In this document: one piece after another, positions 9,280-19,001 of the stretch
How positions within the stretch are numbered: position 1 is the first letter of the stretch
How the letters are laid out: every line of letters starts with the position of its first letter
DNA from: an uncultured Gammaproteobacteria bacterium
GTDB taxonomy: Bacteria; Patescibacteriota; Patescibacteriia; UBA9934
Assembly (NCBI GenBank): GCA_964569575.1
Contig: CAZMTL010000003.1
Span: 7,197 to 71,196 of the forward strand
DNA: 64,000 nt
Reading direction: 5' to 3'
Notes under the pieces: model-generated
Told to the model about the DNA's origin: nothing
What the model saw: only the letters and a program-made list of their open reading frames with translations
Databases searched by the model: none
Made by a program: the position numbers and the translations under genes

Positions 9280-9628
9280 GAAACAAAAACAAGAGAGATG
9301 TTATGGCTAAAGTATACCGAATTTCACCCTCAAAAAATAGACGACTTTTCCACCGAAGATGAATTTTTCGCAACAGTTAACCAAATTCCTAAAACGATTG
9401 TTCAGGAACACAATTAGGCATCAAATATTCCCTCTCTACATGACGGTTCGGGGCCGTCACCAACAACACAATAATCACCACTCCCACAAGCACCAACACC
9501 GACAACAAAACAACGATCAATTTTTGAAACAAGGTCATAGGAAACAAGTATAGCAAACCCGTCATCGTTTATCCGCGACGGAAAAACACCTACCAAAAAA
9601 GCCCAAAAACCACTACACTAAACACACT

Positions 9629-11071
9629 ATGAGTGAACACAAAAAGCTTGCAATCAGTTCGGTGGTACAAATCGGAGGAAAAGTATTAGCCGTTGTATTC
9701 GGAGTCTACACGGTTGCCATTTTTACACGACATCTTGGAGAAGCAGGCTACGGACAACTTTCAACCGTACTCAGCTACCTATCTGTGTTCGCGATCATTG
9801 TGGATTTTGGACTTACGCTCACCACAACACAGATGATTTCCGAAAAAGAAGCCGACGAAAAATCACTCATCGGAAACCTAGTCACGCTTCGAGTCGTCTC
9901 AGCAAGCATCTTCCTCGCCCTCGCTCCACTTATCGCAATCGCTGCCCCCTTCCTTCCCTACGACAACACCATGATCGTCGCGATCGCAATCGGTGCCATT
10001 TCGTACCTATTCGGCAGCACGTCTCAACTATTCGTTGGGGTATTCCAAAAGCGCCTCCTCATGGGACGCGTCGCGTTCGCCGAAATGATCAACCGCCTCG
10101 CCGTATTCTTGGGCGCAATTCTCGCCCCAATTCTAGGGTTCGGCATCGTGGAAATTATCTGGCTAATGACTATTGGAAACGCCTTTCAACTCATTTTAAA
10201 CATCATCTTCGCTCGCCAACTGCTCAAATTCAGTCTGGAATGGAACATCTCAACCTGGATAGAGGTAATTAAACGCAGCTGGCCAATCGGCGCATCCATC
10301 TTTTTCAACCTCATCTACCTGCGCGGAGACATGATCTTCCTCTCTATTTACCGTTCATTCGAAGAAATCGGTCAATACGCTGCGGCGTACAAAATAATGG
10401 ACGTGGTAACCGTGGTACCGGTCATGTTCATGGGACTCATTTTGCCAAAACTGGTACATGACTGGAAAGAAGGGAACAAAGACGCCTTCAACAACCGACT
10501 TCAAACCACGTTCAACCTGTTTTCGTTAATCGCGCTTCCATTCGCCTTCGGAGCTATCGTGACCGGGGTGCCTTTAATGGTACTTATCTCTGGTGACAAC
10601 TTCGCGGAAGCCGGACGTGTCCTTGCAATTCTGGGCCCTGCCGCCGCCATCGTCTTCTACGGCGCCCTTTCCGGCCACGCCATTGTTGGCCTTCAAAAAC
10701 AAAAAGTGATGACGTGGGGATACCTACTCGTCGCCATCATCACCGTCGCCGGCTACATGTACTTCATTCCAACCTACGGAATCTGGGCCGCCGCTTGGTG
10801 GACGCTAATCGCAGAAATTCTGATCTTCCTTCTTACAGCCGCCGTTGTGATAAAAATCACAAACTTCAAACCAAACTTCACCTCAACCGCCAAAGCACTC
10901 GCCGCCAGCATCATCATGACCATCGCTCTCTACACCCTGCCAAACATGCACGTGATCTTCACCATCACTATCGGAACCATCATCTACACCATCTGTCTCC
11001 TCCTCTTCCAAGAACCAACCCTGAAGAAAGCTTCAATGCTATTTTTACCAGAAAATCCACCCATAAAATAA
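9629..11071 (+). CDS. polysaccharide biosynthesis protein / oligosaccharide flippase (Wzx, MOP superfamily)
   Basis: About 14 TM helices and Wzx-like N-terminal region. Confidence 0.7.
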   Translation: MSEHKKLAISSVVQIGGKVLAVVFGVYTVAIFTRHLGEAGYGQLSTVLSYLSVFAIIVDFGLTLTTTQMISEKEADEKSLIGNLVTLRVVSASIFLALAPLIAIAAPFLPYDNTMIVAIAIGAISYLFGSTSQLFVGVFQKRLLMGRVAFAEMINRLAVFLGAILAPILGFGIVEIIWLMTIGNAFQLILNIIFARQLLKFSLEWNISTWIEVIKRSWPIGASIFFNLIYLRGDMIFLSIYRSFEEIGQYAAAYKIMDVVTVVPVMFMGLILPKLVHDWKEGNKDAFNNRLQTTFNLFSLIALPFAFGAIVTGVPLMVLISGDNFAEAGRVLAILGPAAAIVFYGALSGHAIVGLQKQKVMTWGYLLVAIITVAGYMYFIPTYGIWAAAWWTLIAEILIFLLTAAVVIKITNFKPNFTSTAKALAASIIMTIALYTLPNMHVIFTITIGTIIYTICLLLFQEPTLKKASMLFLPENPPIK

Positions 11072-11125
11072 CGACATCGATCCCTTTTTGAATAAGGGAG
11101 CAGCTTAGCAACCTCATCACCCTCT

Positions 11126-12403
11126 ATGCTTCATTCCCTCTTTCCAGCCCTCATCACGACTCTCACCCTCGCCGTCGCTTTCCTCTCCTACAAAAACGCC
11201 AAAATGGCACTGACACTTTTGTTTGGATTGCTTCCTTTGTACCTTGTTCAATTCTCAATCGGCTTTTTTCCGACAAATTTATTTGAACTTATCGCAACTG
11301 CGTTCATCGTGACACAACTGCCAAAAATTTCGTGGCAACGTGACAGGTACATACTTGCTCTTCCGCTCACACGACCACTCATCCTTCTTCTTGCCGCCGC
11401 TTGTTTCGGTGTCGTCATCGCAAATGACTCTATAAGCGCGCTTGGGATTTGGAAATCCTACTTCATTCTTCCAGCCGCACTTTATTACTTCAGCCTTAAA
11501 ACATTCACACACGAACAAGACTGGAAACACGCATTCGCGGCACTCGCCACAAGCGCAATCGCCCTTTCAGTATTCGCCATCGCACAAGCAACAACAGGAA
11601 TCGGGGTTGTGCCGCCGTGGGACACAGACGGGCGCATGACCAGTTTCTTCCTCTATCCAAATGCCCTTGGACTGTTCCTGGCTCCAATCACAGCAGCGGC
11701 AATCGTACTCGCGACACAAAAGTCGTATCGAACGCTCTGGATCATCACGGCCCTACTCGGAACAACCGGAATTCTGCTCGCGCAAACCGAAGCGGCCCTC
11801 GCCGCAATCCCAGCAGGACTACTTGCCGCTTTTCTTATCTCGAAAGGCCAGACAAATATGAAAATCCGTGTCACGGCCGAAATCATTATCCTAGGCATTC
11901 TGGCATTCGCCATTTCACCATTCCTGCGAAGCAAAATCCTGCTCCAAGATACCTCCGGCCAAACACGACTGGCGCAATGGGGCGAAACACTCGCACTGCT
12001 AAAAACACGCCCTCTCACAGGCGCTGGACTAAACGAATATCCAAACGCACTCAAACCATTCCACGACCCAACCTTTTACGAAATTTTCCAATACCCACAC
12101 AACATCATCCTCAACACCTGGACTGAACTGGGTGCACTCGGATTAATCGCTCTCGCATGGATCGCGTTGCGCACAATGACAGCGACTAAAACACAAAACA
12201 GCAATCCACTCATCCTAGCCGCGTTCGCAGCGCTCGTCACCATGGCAATTCACGGACTGGTCGACGTTCCGTATTTCAAAAACGATCTAGCCGTCATGAC
12301 CTGGTTTTTCTTCGCCCTTCTATCCGCACAGCACCTATTCTCTTCAAAGAAAGAACCAAAAACACCTCCACAAAAACCAACAACGAAAACAATCACAACA
12401 TAA
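11126..12403 (+). CDS. O-antigen ligase/polymerase family protein (Wzy_C domain)
   Basis: Polytopic protein with the Wzy_C motif YPHNIILNTWTELGALGLIA. Confidence 0.7.
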   Translation: MLHSLFPALITTLTLAVAFLSYKNAKMALTLLFGLLPLYLVQFSIGFFPTNLFELIATAFIVTQLPKISWQRDRYILALPLTRPLILLLAAACFGVVIANDSISALGIWKSYFILPAALYYFSLKTFTHEQDWKHAFAALATSAIALSVFAIAQATTGIGVVPPWDTDGRMTSFFLYPNALGLFLAPITAAAIVLATQKSYRTLWIITALLGTTGILLAQTEAALAAIPAGLLAAFLISKGQTNMKIRVTAEIIILGILAFAISPFLRSKILLQDTSGQTRLAQWGETLALLKTRPLTGAGLNEYPNALKPFHDPTFYEIFQYPHNIILNTWTELGALGLIALAWIALRTMTATKTQNSNPLILAAFAALVTMAIHGLVDVPYFKNDLAVMTWFFFALLSAQHLFSSKKEPKTPPQKPTTKTITT

Positions 12404-12406
12404 CTT

Positions 12407-12796
12407 ATGAAAATTCTTGCCATCATCACAGCACTTGGCGTCACCGCCATCATCGCCTTCTTTGCACTCAACCAACACATTTACAATCAAAAGCAGCAGC
12501 CTAACATTGCAGAAGCTTACCAAGCAGAACTCTCTGGCACCTACGTTTGTCTTCCGCACAAATACACAGACGGCACGCAAACAGACGAATGTGCCGCAGG
12601 CATACAAACACAAAACGACGAATACTACGCCCTCGATCTCGCTCTGCTGTCGCAAGGCGCGCCCGAACTCTCGATCGGTGACAACATCTCAGCAAACGGA
12701 ACCATCACCCCCATCGAACTCCTCAGCACCAACCACTGGCAACAATACAACATAGAAGGAATTTTCTCCGTAACTGACTCCCTCCAAATAAACTAA
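12407..12796 (+). CDS. secreted hypothetical protein (signal peptide)
   Basis: The N-terminal signal is MKILAIITALGVTAIIAFFAL. It is coupled 3 nt after the ligase stop. Confidence 0.4.
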   Translation: MKILAIITALGVTAIIAFFALNQHIYNQKQQPNIAEAYQAELSGTYVCLPHKYTDGTQTDECAAGIQTQNDEYYALDLALLSQGAPELSIGDNISANGTITPIELLSTNHWQQYNIEGIFSVTDSLQIN

Positions 12797-12825
12797 AAAG
12801 AGCCACCCGGCTCTTTTTAGTTTTA
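12795..12825. terminator. bidirectional terminator AGAGCC-ACCC-GGCTCT + TTTTT
   Basis: Located between convergent genes. Confidence 0.6.
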
Positions 12826-12838
12826 AACCCCTCCATTC

Positions 12839-13753
12839 CTACCCCCTACTCCCTCCCTCAAACGCCTCCTCCAACATGCCGACATCCAACTTCTTCATTT
12901 TCAACATCACTTCAGTCATACGATCCACCTGCTCCTGCGTCCCACGAATCATCATGTCGTTCATTGAACGTGGAACAATTTGCCACGAAACACCAAACTG
13001 ATCCTTCACCCACCCACACTGCTCCGCTTCGGGAACAGCCGAAAGTTTCTGCCAGTAATAATCAACCTCTGCCTGATCATCGCACATCACCATCAGCGAA
13101 ACCGCTTCGTTAAAAATAAACTTGTGATTCTGCGCGCTATCCATCGCCGCAAACCAGGTGTCATACAACGAAAAATCCGCAAACATCACCCCCTCTTCTT
13201 TTTCGGGTGGATGTTCAGCACCATAACGCGCAATCTGACCCTTCTTCGACTGCTTAAACACCGACGTATAAAAATCGACCGCCTCCTCGGCACGGCCATA
13301 CACATCACCCACAAACAACAGCGAAGGGATAATATTCGGCCTCTCTTCACCATCCGGATCAGTCAAAATCAATTGCCACGAAAACCCATATTTATCCTGA
13401 ATCCAACCGTAACGCTTGCTAAATGGATATGCATCAAGCGGCATCAATACCTTTGCGCCATCCGACAACTTCTCCCAAAGGGTATTCAAATGCTCTTCAG
13501 CCTTCTCGTCGCGCGAAGGATCAAAATTAACCATGAAGGAAATCGATGGATTTGGAACAAAATATGGACCAGCGCTAATCGCCATAAACGGCTGACCAGC
13601 AAGTTGAAACGAAAGAACATCGCAATCGCCCGAAGGAGTCTTGGTTAACAACGCACTTCCAAGAACTTTTGAATCCGGAAACGCCGACACATAAAAATCA
13701 ACCGCCTCTTTTGCCTGATGATCGAACCACAAATGAGGAACAATTTTATTCAT
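12839..13753 (-). CDS. VOC-superfamily protein with two tandem PhnB-like (3-demethylubiquinone-9 3-methyltransferase-like) domains
   Basis: HLWFDHQAKEAVDFY... and a second repeat LLFVGDVYGRAEEAVDFY.... The start was taken at the internal ATG (MNKIVPHLWFD). Confidence 0.55.
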   Translation of the reverse strand: MNKIVPHLWFDHQAKEAVDFYVSAFPDSKVLGSALLTKTPSGDCDVLSFQLAGQPFMAISAGPYFVPNPSISFMVNFDPSRDEKAEEHLNTLWEKLSDGAKVLMPLDAYPFSKRYGWIQDKYGFSWQLILTDPDGEERPNIIPSLLFVGDVYGRAEEAVDFYTSVFKQSKKGQIARYGAEHPPEKEEGVMFADFSLYDTWFAAMDSAQNHKFIFNEAVSLMVMCDDQAEVDYYWQKLSAVPEAEQCGWVKDQFGVSWQIVPRSMNDMMIRGTQEQVDRMTEVMLKMKKLDVGMLEEAFEGGSRG

Positions 13754-13804
13754 ACACGAAGAATTTAATATCAAACTCTTCCACTGTACCACATCCTCAT
13801 CGCG

Positions 13805-14635
13805 CTAAAACAACTTCGCAGCAGCAAGAAAGAAAAGAATCGCGCCAATAACAGTATTTACAAACGGAAACACACGGTACACGGCAAAAATTCCACCTGA
13901 ACCTTTTACAAACGAAGCAATCATCAATGCCACATAGACACCCGCAAACACCACAGCAAAAATCGGATGATGTAACGCAAACAATCCACCAGCCGCAACA
14001 TACAACAACCCGCACAGCACCAACGTACGCGTAAACCCAAGTGCCGTTGCAATCGTACGCAGCTTTACCGCACGATCAGCCTCAATATCAGGAACAGCCG
14101 AATACGCATGCATCGCCATCGCCCACAAACACGCCGCAAAAACCAATTCAAATGGCGGAGCGACTTCCGAAACAAGAAACCATCCCACAAGCGCAGGACA
14201 AATATACAAAATGTTATACGCTGAATCCAAAAACGGCCGAGCCTTTGCACGAATAGGCGTCGCCGAATAAAAATACCCAAAAAAGAAAAACGCCGTTAAT
14301 GCCGCGACCGCAGAAGTGGGCAACAGAAAAAATAACGGCACAAAAGGCAACACACTCCACGCAATCGCACGCTTCAACCGCACATGATCCGAACGATCCA
14401 CCCGCACTTCATATGTCTGCTTCTTCGCATTCACCGCATCCGTCTCATAATCAAACAAATCATTTACGCCGTAAATGAACAAATTTGCCGGAAACGTAAA
14501 AAAGAGCGCTGCATACAGCAACAACGGATCAAGCAACATCTGAGCCGACTCAACCGAAGCTATCACCCCAATCGCAAACGGACCAAGTAAATACACCCAA
14601 AACCGAGGGCGACTAATCAAAAGTAAGGATTTCAT
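13805..14635 (-). CDS. UbiA-family prenyltransferase (lycopene-elongase-like; CrtEb/LyeJ-type candidate)
   Basis: NDxxDxxxD motif (GVNDLFDYETDAVN), a second Asp-rich motif (VPDIEADRAV) and 8-9 TM helices. It sits in the carotenoid gene neighbourhood. Confidence 0.6.
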   Translation of the reverse strand: MKSLLLISRPRFWVYLLGPFAIGVIASVESAQMLLDPLLLYAALFFTFPANLFIYGVNDLFDYETDAVNAKKQTYEVRVDRSDHVRLKRAIAWSVLPFVPLFFLLPTSAVAALTAFFFFGYFYSATPIRAKARPFLDSAYNILYICPALVGWFLVSEVAPPFELVFAACLWAMAMHAYSAVPDIEADRAVKLRTIATALGFTRTLVLCGLLYVAAGGLFALHHPIFAVVFAGVYVALMIASFVKGSGGIFAVYRVFPFVNTVIGAILFFLAAAKLF

Positions 14636-14657
14636 ACATCGAGTATACTATACCCGT
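14636..14657. promoter_or_regulatory. 22-bp divergent spacer with overlapping palindromic -10 boxes (TATACT on both strands) 6 and 8 nt from the two ATGs
   Basis: The spacer is acatcgagTATACTATAcccgt, and no Shine-Dalgarno is present on either side. Leaderless initiation is inferred. Confidence 0.5.
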
Positions 14658-15383
14658 ATGAAACACCGCATAATCACCGCAACAATCATCCTCTCGGCCA
14701 TCAGCGCCTTTTTCACGTACAAATTCATTCAGGAATCACCCACATTTCTCACCCCAATCTTCATCGCCGCCATCGCCCTACCAACCATTATCGGCCTTTG
14801 GAAGTCCTTAAAATGGCGAGGACTAGCGCTCTTCCTCGCGCTCGGTGCATTCGCCTGCGCAATCGAAACCATCGGCATCATCACCGGATTCCCTTACGGA
14901 GAATTCACCTACTCAAACGCACTCGGCGCAAAATTATTTGGCACAACACCCTTCCCCGTCTTCTTCGCCTGGTCGCCTCTCGTATTCGGATCGCTCGCCC
15001 TCGCGCAAATCACAACCAAAAAAATCACCTCACAATTTCTTCTCGCCCTAGCACTCCTCATCACCACCGATCTCATCCTAGACCCCGGCAGCGTCGCCCT
15101 CGGTTTCTGGACATGGAAAAACCCAGGCGCGTACTATGGCGTTCCGCTCATCAACTACCTCGGATGGATCATCTCGGGATCGATCGGCATCGCGATCGCA
15201 CAAGCGATGCAAAAACATCATGAACACAAAAGAGCGTCAGCAAGCACATGGATTATTCTGCCGCTGCTGTTCAGCATCTATTTCTGGACCGCAATAAATA
15301 TTCTTGTCACAAACAGCATTCCAGCCATACTAGGCATCGTTTTCTCAGTAATCACGACCGTACTATTCTACAAAAAAATATGA
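14658..15383 (+). CDS. carotenoid biosynthesis membrane protein (Caroten_synth/DUF422, CruF-like candidate carotenoid 1,2-hydratase)
   Basis: About 7 TM helices and a GFPYGEFTY motif. The stop overlaps the photolyase start (ATGA). Confidence 0.45.
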   Translation: MKHRIITATIILSAISAFFTYKFIQESPTFLTPIFIAAIALPTIIGLWKSLKWRGLALFLALGAFACAIETIGIITGFPYGEFTYSNALGAKLFGTTPFPVFFAWSPLVFGSLALAQITTKKITSQFLLALALLITTDLILDPGSVALGFWTWKNPGAYYGVPLINYLGWIISGSIGIAIAQAMQKHHEHKRASASTWIILPLLFSIYFWTAINILVTNSIPAILGIVFSVITTVLFYKKI

Positions 15384-16732
15384 TCGACCCACGCCGAATC
15401 CGCTCGCACAACACACATGAATACAAAAATGGTCCAGTCATCTACTGGATGGACCGCGACATGCGCGCCTCGGACAACTGGGCGCTTCTTCACGCAGCCG
15501 AGCTCGCAAAAAAACACAACGCCCCTCTCGCCGTCGTCTACAATTTAGTCACGGATTTTTTAGGCGGCGGCGCAAGACAACTCGACTTCAAACTCCGCGC
15601 ACTCGAATTGCTGGAAGAAATGTTTCAAAAGAAACACATCTCGTTCACCGTTCTTGTAACAGACGATTCAACAAAAGACCTTCAGGATTTTTTCAAGAAA
15701 ACAAAAGCTGGCTGCATCGTAACAGACTTCTCTCCACTAAAAATCCAACGCAAATGGAAAGCTGAGCTCGCAAAAACGCTCACCGTTCCCTTCCGCGAAG
15801 TCGACACACACAACATCGTGCCTGCTTGGGAAGCATCGAACAAAAAAGAATTCGGAGCCTACACCATCCGACCAAAAATCCACCGCCAACTTAGCGATTT
15901 TCTTGTTGAATTTCCAAAACTCACAAAAACCGAATCGATTTCCCCGCCAACAAAAAACAATTGGACCGAATGGAAAAAATTAATTGGCACTCACCCAACG
16001 CCCCTCACCCTTCCCGCCGGCGAAACAGCCGCAAAAAAAGCGCTTCAGCACTTTTTCAAAAACCGCCTACGAGGCTACGCCGAAAAACGAAACGACCCAA
16101 CGCTCGACGGCCAATCAAACCTGTCACCCTATCTCCACTACGGCCACATCAGCACTCAACGCATCGCGCTCGAACTCAAAAAAGAACACTCGCCACTCGA
16201 AGACAAAGAAGCATTTTTCGAAGAACTTGTCGTCCGAAAAGAACTGGCCGATAATTTTTGCTACTACGAACCCAACTACGATTCCACAAAAGGATTCCCG
16301 ACCTGGGCAAAGCAAACCCTTCTCGACCACGCAAACGACGAACGCGCATTCCTCTACACCAAAAAAGAATTCGAACAGGCAAAAACACACGATCAGCTCT
16401 GGAATGCGGCTCAAATGGAAATGGTGCTAACCGGAAAAATGCACGGCTACATGCGCATGTACTGGGCAAAGAAAATTCTCGAATGGACAAAATCACCAGA
16501 CGAAGCGATGAAAATCGCCATCTACCTCAACGACACCTACGAACTAGACGGCCGCGATCCAAACGGGTACACCGGAATTTCGTGGTCCATCGGCGGCACC
16601 CACGACCGAGCCTGGGGCACCCGTCCAATCTTCGGCAAAATCCGCTACATGAACGACAAAGGCGCAAAGCGGAAATTTGATGTTGAAGCGTACGTAAATA
16701 AATGGATGGGAACGGGCGGATTAGGAATATAA
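15380..16732 (+). CDS. class II CPD (deoxyribodipyrimidine) photolyase
   Basis: The N terminus is GPVIYWMDRDMRASDNWAL. The C-terminal class II signature is WSIGGTHDRAWGTRPIFGKIRYMNDKGAKRKFDVEAYV. Confidence 0.8.
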   Translation: MIDPRRIRSHNTHEYKNGPVIYWMDRDMRASDNWALLHAAELAKKHNAPLAVVYNLVTDFLGGGARQLDFKLRALELLEEMFQKKHISFTVLVTDDSTKDLQDFFKKTKAGCIVTDFSPLKIQRKWKAELAKTLTVPFREVDTHNIVPAWEASNKKEFGAYTIRPKIHRQLSDFLVEFPKLTKTESISPPTKNNWTEWKKLIGTHPTPLTLPAGETAAKKALQHFFKNRLRGYAEKRNDPTLDGQSNLSPYLHYGHISTQRIALELKKEHSPLEDKEAFFEELVVRKELADNFCYYEPNYDSTKGFPTWAKQTLLDHANDERAFLYTKKEFEQAKTHDQLWNAAQMEMVLTGKMHGYMRMYWAKKILEWTKSPDEAMKIAIYLNDTYELDGRDPNGYTGISWSIGGTHDRAWGTRPIFGKIRYMNDKGAKRKFDVEAYVNKWMGTGGLGI

Positions 16733-16785
16733 ACACGAAACCTCCCTTCCGTCCTTCGCTAAAGCTTCAGAGGACCCCCCCGTAG

Positions 16786-16915
16786 CCTTGGCGAAGGTGG
16801 GTAGTCCTCATTGTGGATCTAAGAAGGAGGGGAAACGCGTTTTGATTTTCGCCGAAAGACCCCTCCTCACCTCCCCTTGGTAAGGGGAGGAAACGCTTCG
16901 AGCTCATGCTCTCCC
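16786..16915. repeat. GC-rich palindromic repeat element, copy A (core tgtggatctaagaaggaggggaaacgcgttttgattttcgccgaaag plus hairpin ctccccttggtaaggggag)
   Basis: Its reverse complement is about 85% identical to the element at 63880-63929. Confidence 0.6.
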
Positions 16916-17267
16916 CTACGAAGAGAGACGAAGTCGAACGCCAGCGGAGCTCAACAAGCTGTGACAAAGAAAACGTGTAACTAAATCACTGTAACAAAAT
17001 CAGCGAAGGTCGAGCATTTTTCTCGTGTCTGCGGAGAGGGCTTGACCCTCGGAGACAGACATTGCAAAGAAAAATGCGATCGGTCACTTTCCAAAATTTA
17101 AAAATAAATGTTCGTGCCGCCGAGCCAGGAAAGGCTCTTTCTTTTGCCTACTTCTCTTTGAGCCAGCAAAGAAAAGTAGGTCGGGGTTCGGGGGTGAAAC
17201 TCCCGATCGTTGTGACAAAGTCGAAGCGACGCAGTCGCCTCAGACTCGCGCGCGATCGATCAGCGCG

Positions 17268-17342
17268 TAACCACCCCTCACCCCTCCTTGCGGATCTGAG
17301 AAGAAAGGGAAGCGCGTTATGATTTTCGCTCGAAACAAAAAA
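17268..17342. repeat. GC-rich palindromic repeat element, copy B
   Basis: tgcggatctgagaagaaagggaagcgcgttatgattttcgctcgaaac is about 80% identical to copy A. Confidence 0.6.
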
Positions 17343-17486
17343 GCGATGGATCCCAGCCTGCCCGGCCTTTAGTGCCGGGGATCAGGTCCGGGATGACAAA
17401 TATTTAGAACAATCAAAAAAACGACGCACGCGCTCCCGAAAGAACACGGCGTCGTCAGAAACAGGATCCAAAAATCCACCCTCACC

Positions 17487-19001
17487 CTAAACCTCATTCA
17501 ACGGCCCCGCCGTCCCATCCCCCACCATCCTTTTATAAACCAACTCCGCACTAATCAAACACGTCGGCATCCCGATTCCCGGATTTGTACTGGCTCCCAC
17601 ATAGTACAAATTCGGAATTTTTTTACTCACCGTATCTGGTCGAAAAATAGCCGTCTGAAAAAACGTATGCGCTAACCCGAGAGCCGTCCCTTTAAACGAA
17701 TTGTATCGCTCTTCAAAATCCCGTCCCGAAAAAATCCGTTTATAACAAATCCGCTCCCGCAAATTTGCAATCCCCATATCGCGCTCCATTCCCTCCAACA
17801 CCTTTTCTGCATACGCTTCAAGCAACGCATCATCTTCTTCCATCCCCGGCGCAATCGGCACCAGCACAAATAAATTCTCCTTCCCTGCAGGCGCCACAGA
17901 ATCATCCGTTACACTTGGCGCGCACACGTAATACGAAGGATCATCCGGCCATGTTGGTTGATCAAAAATCTGACCAAAATTTTTCTTCCAATCTTTCGAA
18001 AACACTAAATTATGATGAACCACTTCGGGAATCTTCCCTTCTACTCCCAAGTACAAAATAAACGCTGAAGGCGAAAGCACACGCTTTTCCCAATACGCAT
18101 CCGTAAACGAACGATGCGACGCGTCGAGCAGCTTCGTTTCAGTAAAATGAATATCGGCATTCGACACAACTTCATCCGCAAAATGTTCTTCTCCATTTTC
18201 GAGTCGAACACCAACAGCCCGACCATCCTTCACCAAAATCGTCTCCACCGCCGCCGAAGTCCGAATCTGAACCCCATGCTTTTGCGCAATCTTCACAAGT
18301 GCCTCGATAATCGTATAAATCCCACCCATCGGGTAATACACACCCATATTGAAATCGATGTGACTCATAATGTTATACAAAGCCGGCGTGTTATAAGGCG
18401 AGCTTCCCAAAAACACGAGAGGGTACTGCACAATCTTCTGCACTTCGTCGGTTGAAAAAAACTTCGACACATACCGCTGCATACTAGAAAAAACCGACAA
18501 CTTCGGACCCTGTGTCATCACCTCCCAAGTAAGAAAATCAAAAATGTTGCGATAATTTTTATACATAAACCGCTGCGTCGCAATCGCATATTGCTTTTCG
18601 GCCCGCGCCAAATAATCACGCATGCGATCGGCACTTCCAGGCTCCAACTTCTCGAGCGTCGCTGCATCACGGCTCATGTCTGAAAAAATCTCTACCTCTT
18701 TGCCGGTATCTTTAAAAAAGATTTTATAAGAAGGCTCCAATCGATGCAGCTGCAAATGATCTTCCACGCGCTCACCCATCAACCGAAAAAACTGCTCAAA
18801 AATATCGGGCATCAAATACCACGAAGGTCCCATATCAAATCGAAATCCTTCCGCCTCAAACACACTTGCTCGACCGCCAGGCGCTTCGTTCTTCTCAAAC
18901 ATCTGGACTTTGGCTCCAGCTTTACCAAGCAAACAAGCAGCCCCTAGTCCACCAAACCCCGAACCAATTACGATTACGTTCTTTCCTTCAAGCTTTGCCA
19001 T
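17487..19001 (-). CDS. crtI: phytoene desaturase CrtI
   Basis: N-terminal FAD fold (KNVIVIGSGFGGLGAACLL) consistent with the CrtI family. The start at the internal ATG overlaps the crtB 3' end by 28 nt. Confidence 0.8.
   Translation of the reverse strand: MAKLEGKNVIVIGSGFGGLGAACLLGKAGAKVQMFEKNEAPGGRASVFEAEGFRFDMGPSWYLMPDIFEQFFRLMGERVEDHLQLHRLEPSYKIFFKDTGKEVEIFSDMSRDAATLEKLEPGSADRMRDYLARAEKQYAIATQRFMYKNYRNIFDFLTWEVMTQGPKLSVFSSMQRYVSKFFSTDEVQKIVQYPLVFLGSSPYNTPALYNIMSHIDFNMGVYYPMGGIYTIIEALVKIAQKHGVQIRTSAAVETILVKDGRAVGVRLENGEEHFADEVVSNADIHFTETKLLDASHRSFTDAYWEKRVLSPSAFILYLGVEGKIPEVVHHNLVFSKDWKKNFGQIFDQPTWPDDPSYYVCAPSVTDDSVAPAGKENLFVLVPIAPGMEEDDALLEAYAEKVLEGMERDMGIANLRERICYKRIFSGRDFEERYNSFKGTALGLAHTFFQTAIFRPDTVSKKIPNLYYVGASTNPGIGMPTCLISAELVYKRMVGDGTAGPLNEV

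Noticed and set aside
10714-12126. His/Arg-rich internal ORFs (10714..11091, 11617..12126 plus; 11653..12054 minus)
   Set aside because: They are alternate-frame or antisense artefacts inside the flippase and O-antigen ligase genes.
15961-16496. Alternate-frame ORFs inside the photolyase gene
   Set aside because: They are basic, low-complexity and out of frame, lying within a gene that carries a clear family signature.
16767-17322. ORFs 16767..16967 (minus) and 17062..17322 (plus) in the repeat-rich gene-free region
   Set aside because: They lie across the palindromic repeat elements and have no coding-like composition. The region is interpreted as REP-like repeats.
16733-17486. CRISPR array
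   Set aside because: The repeats are palindromic, irregularly spaced and in mixed orientation, with non-uniform spacers. The pattern is REP/MITE-like rather than CRISPR.
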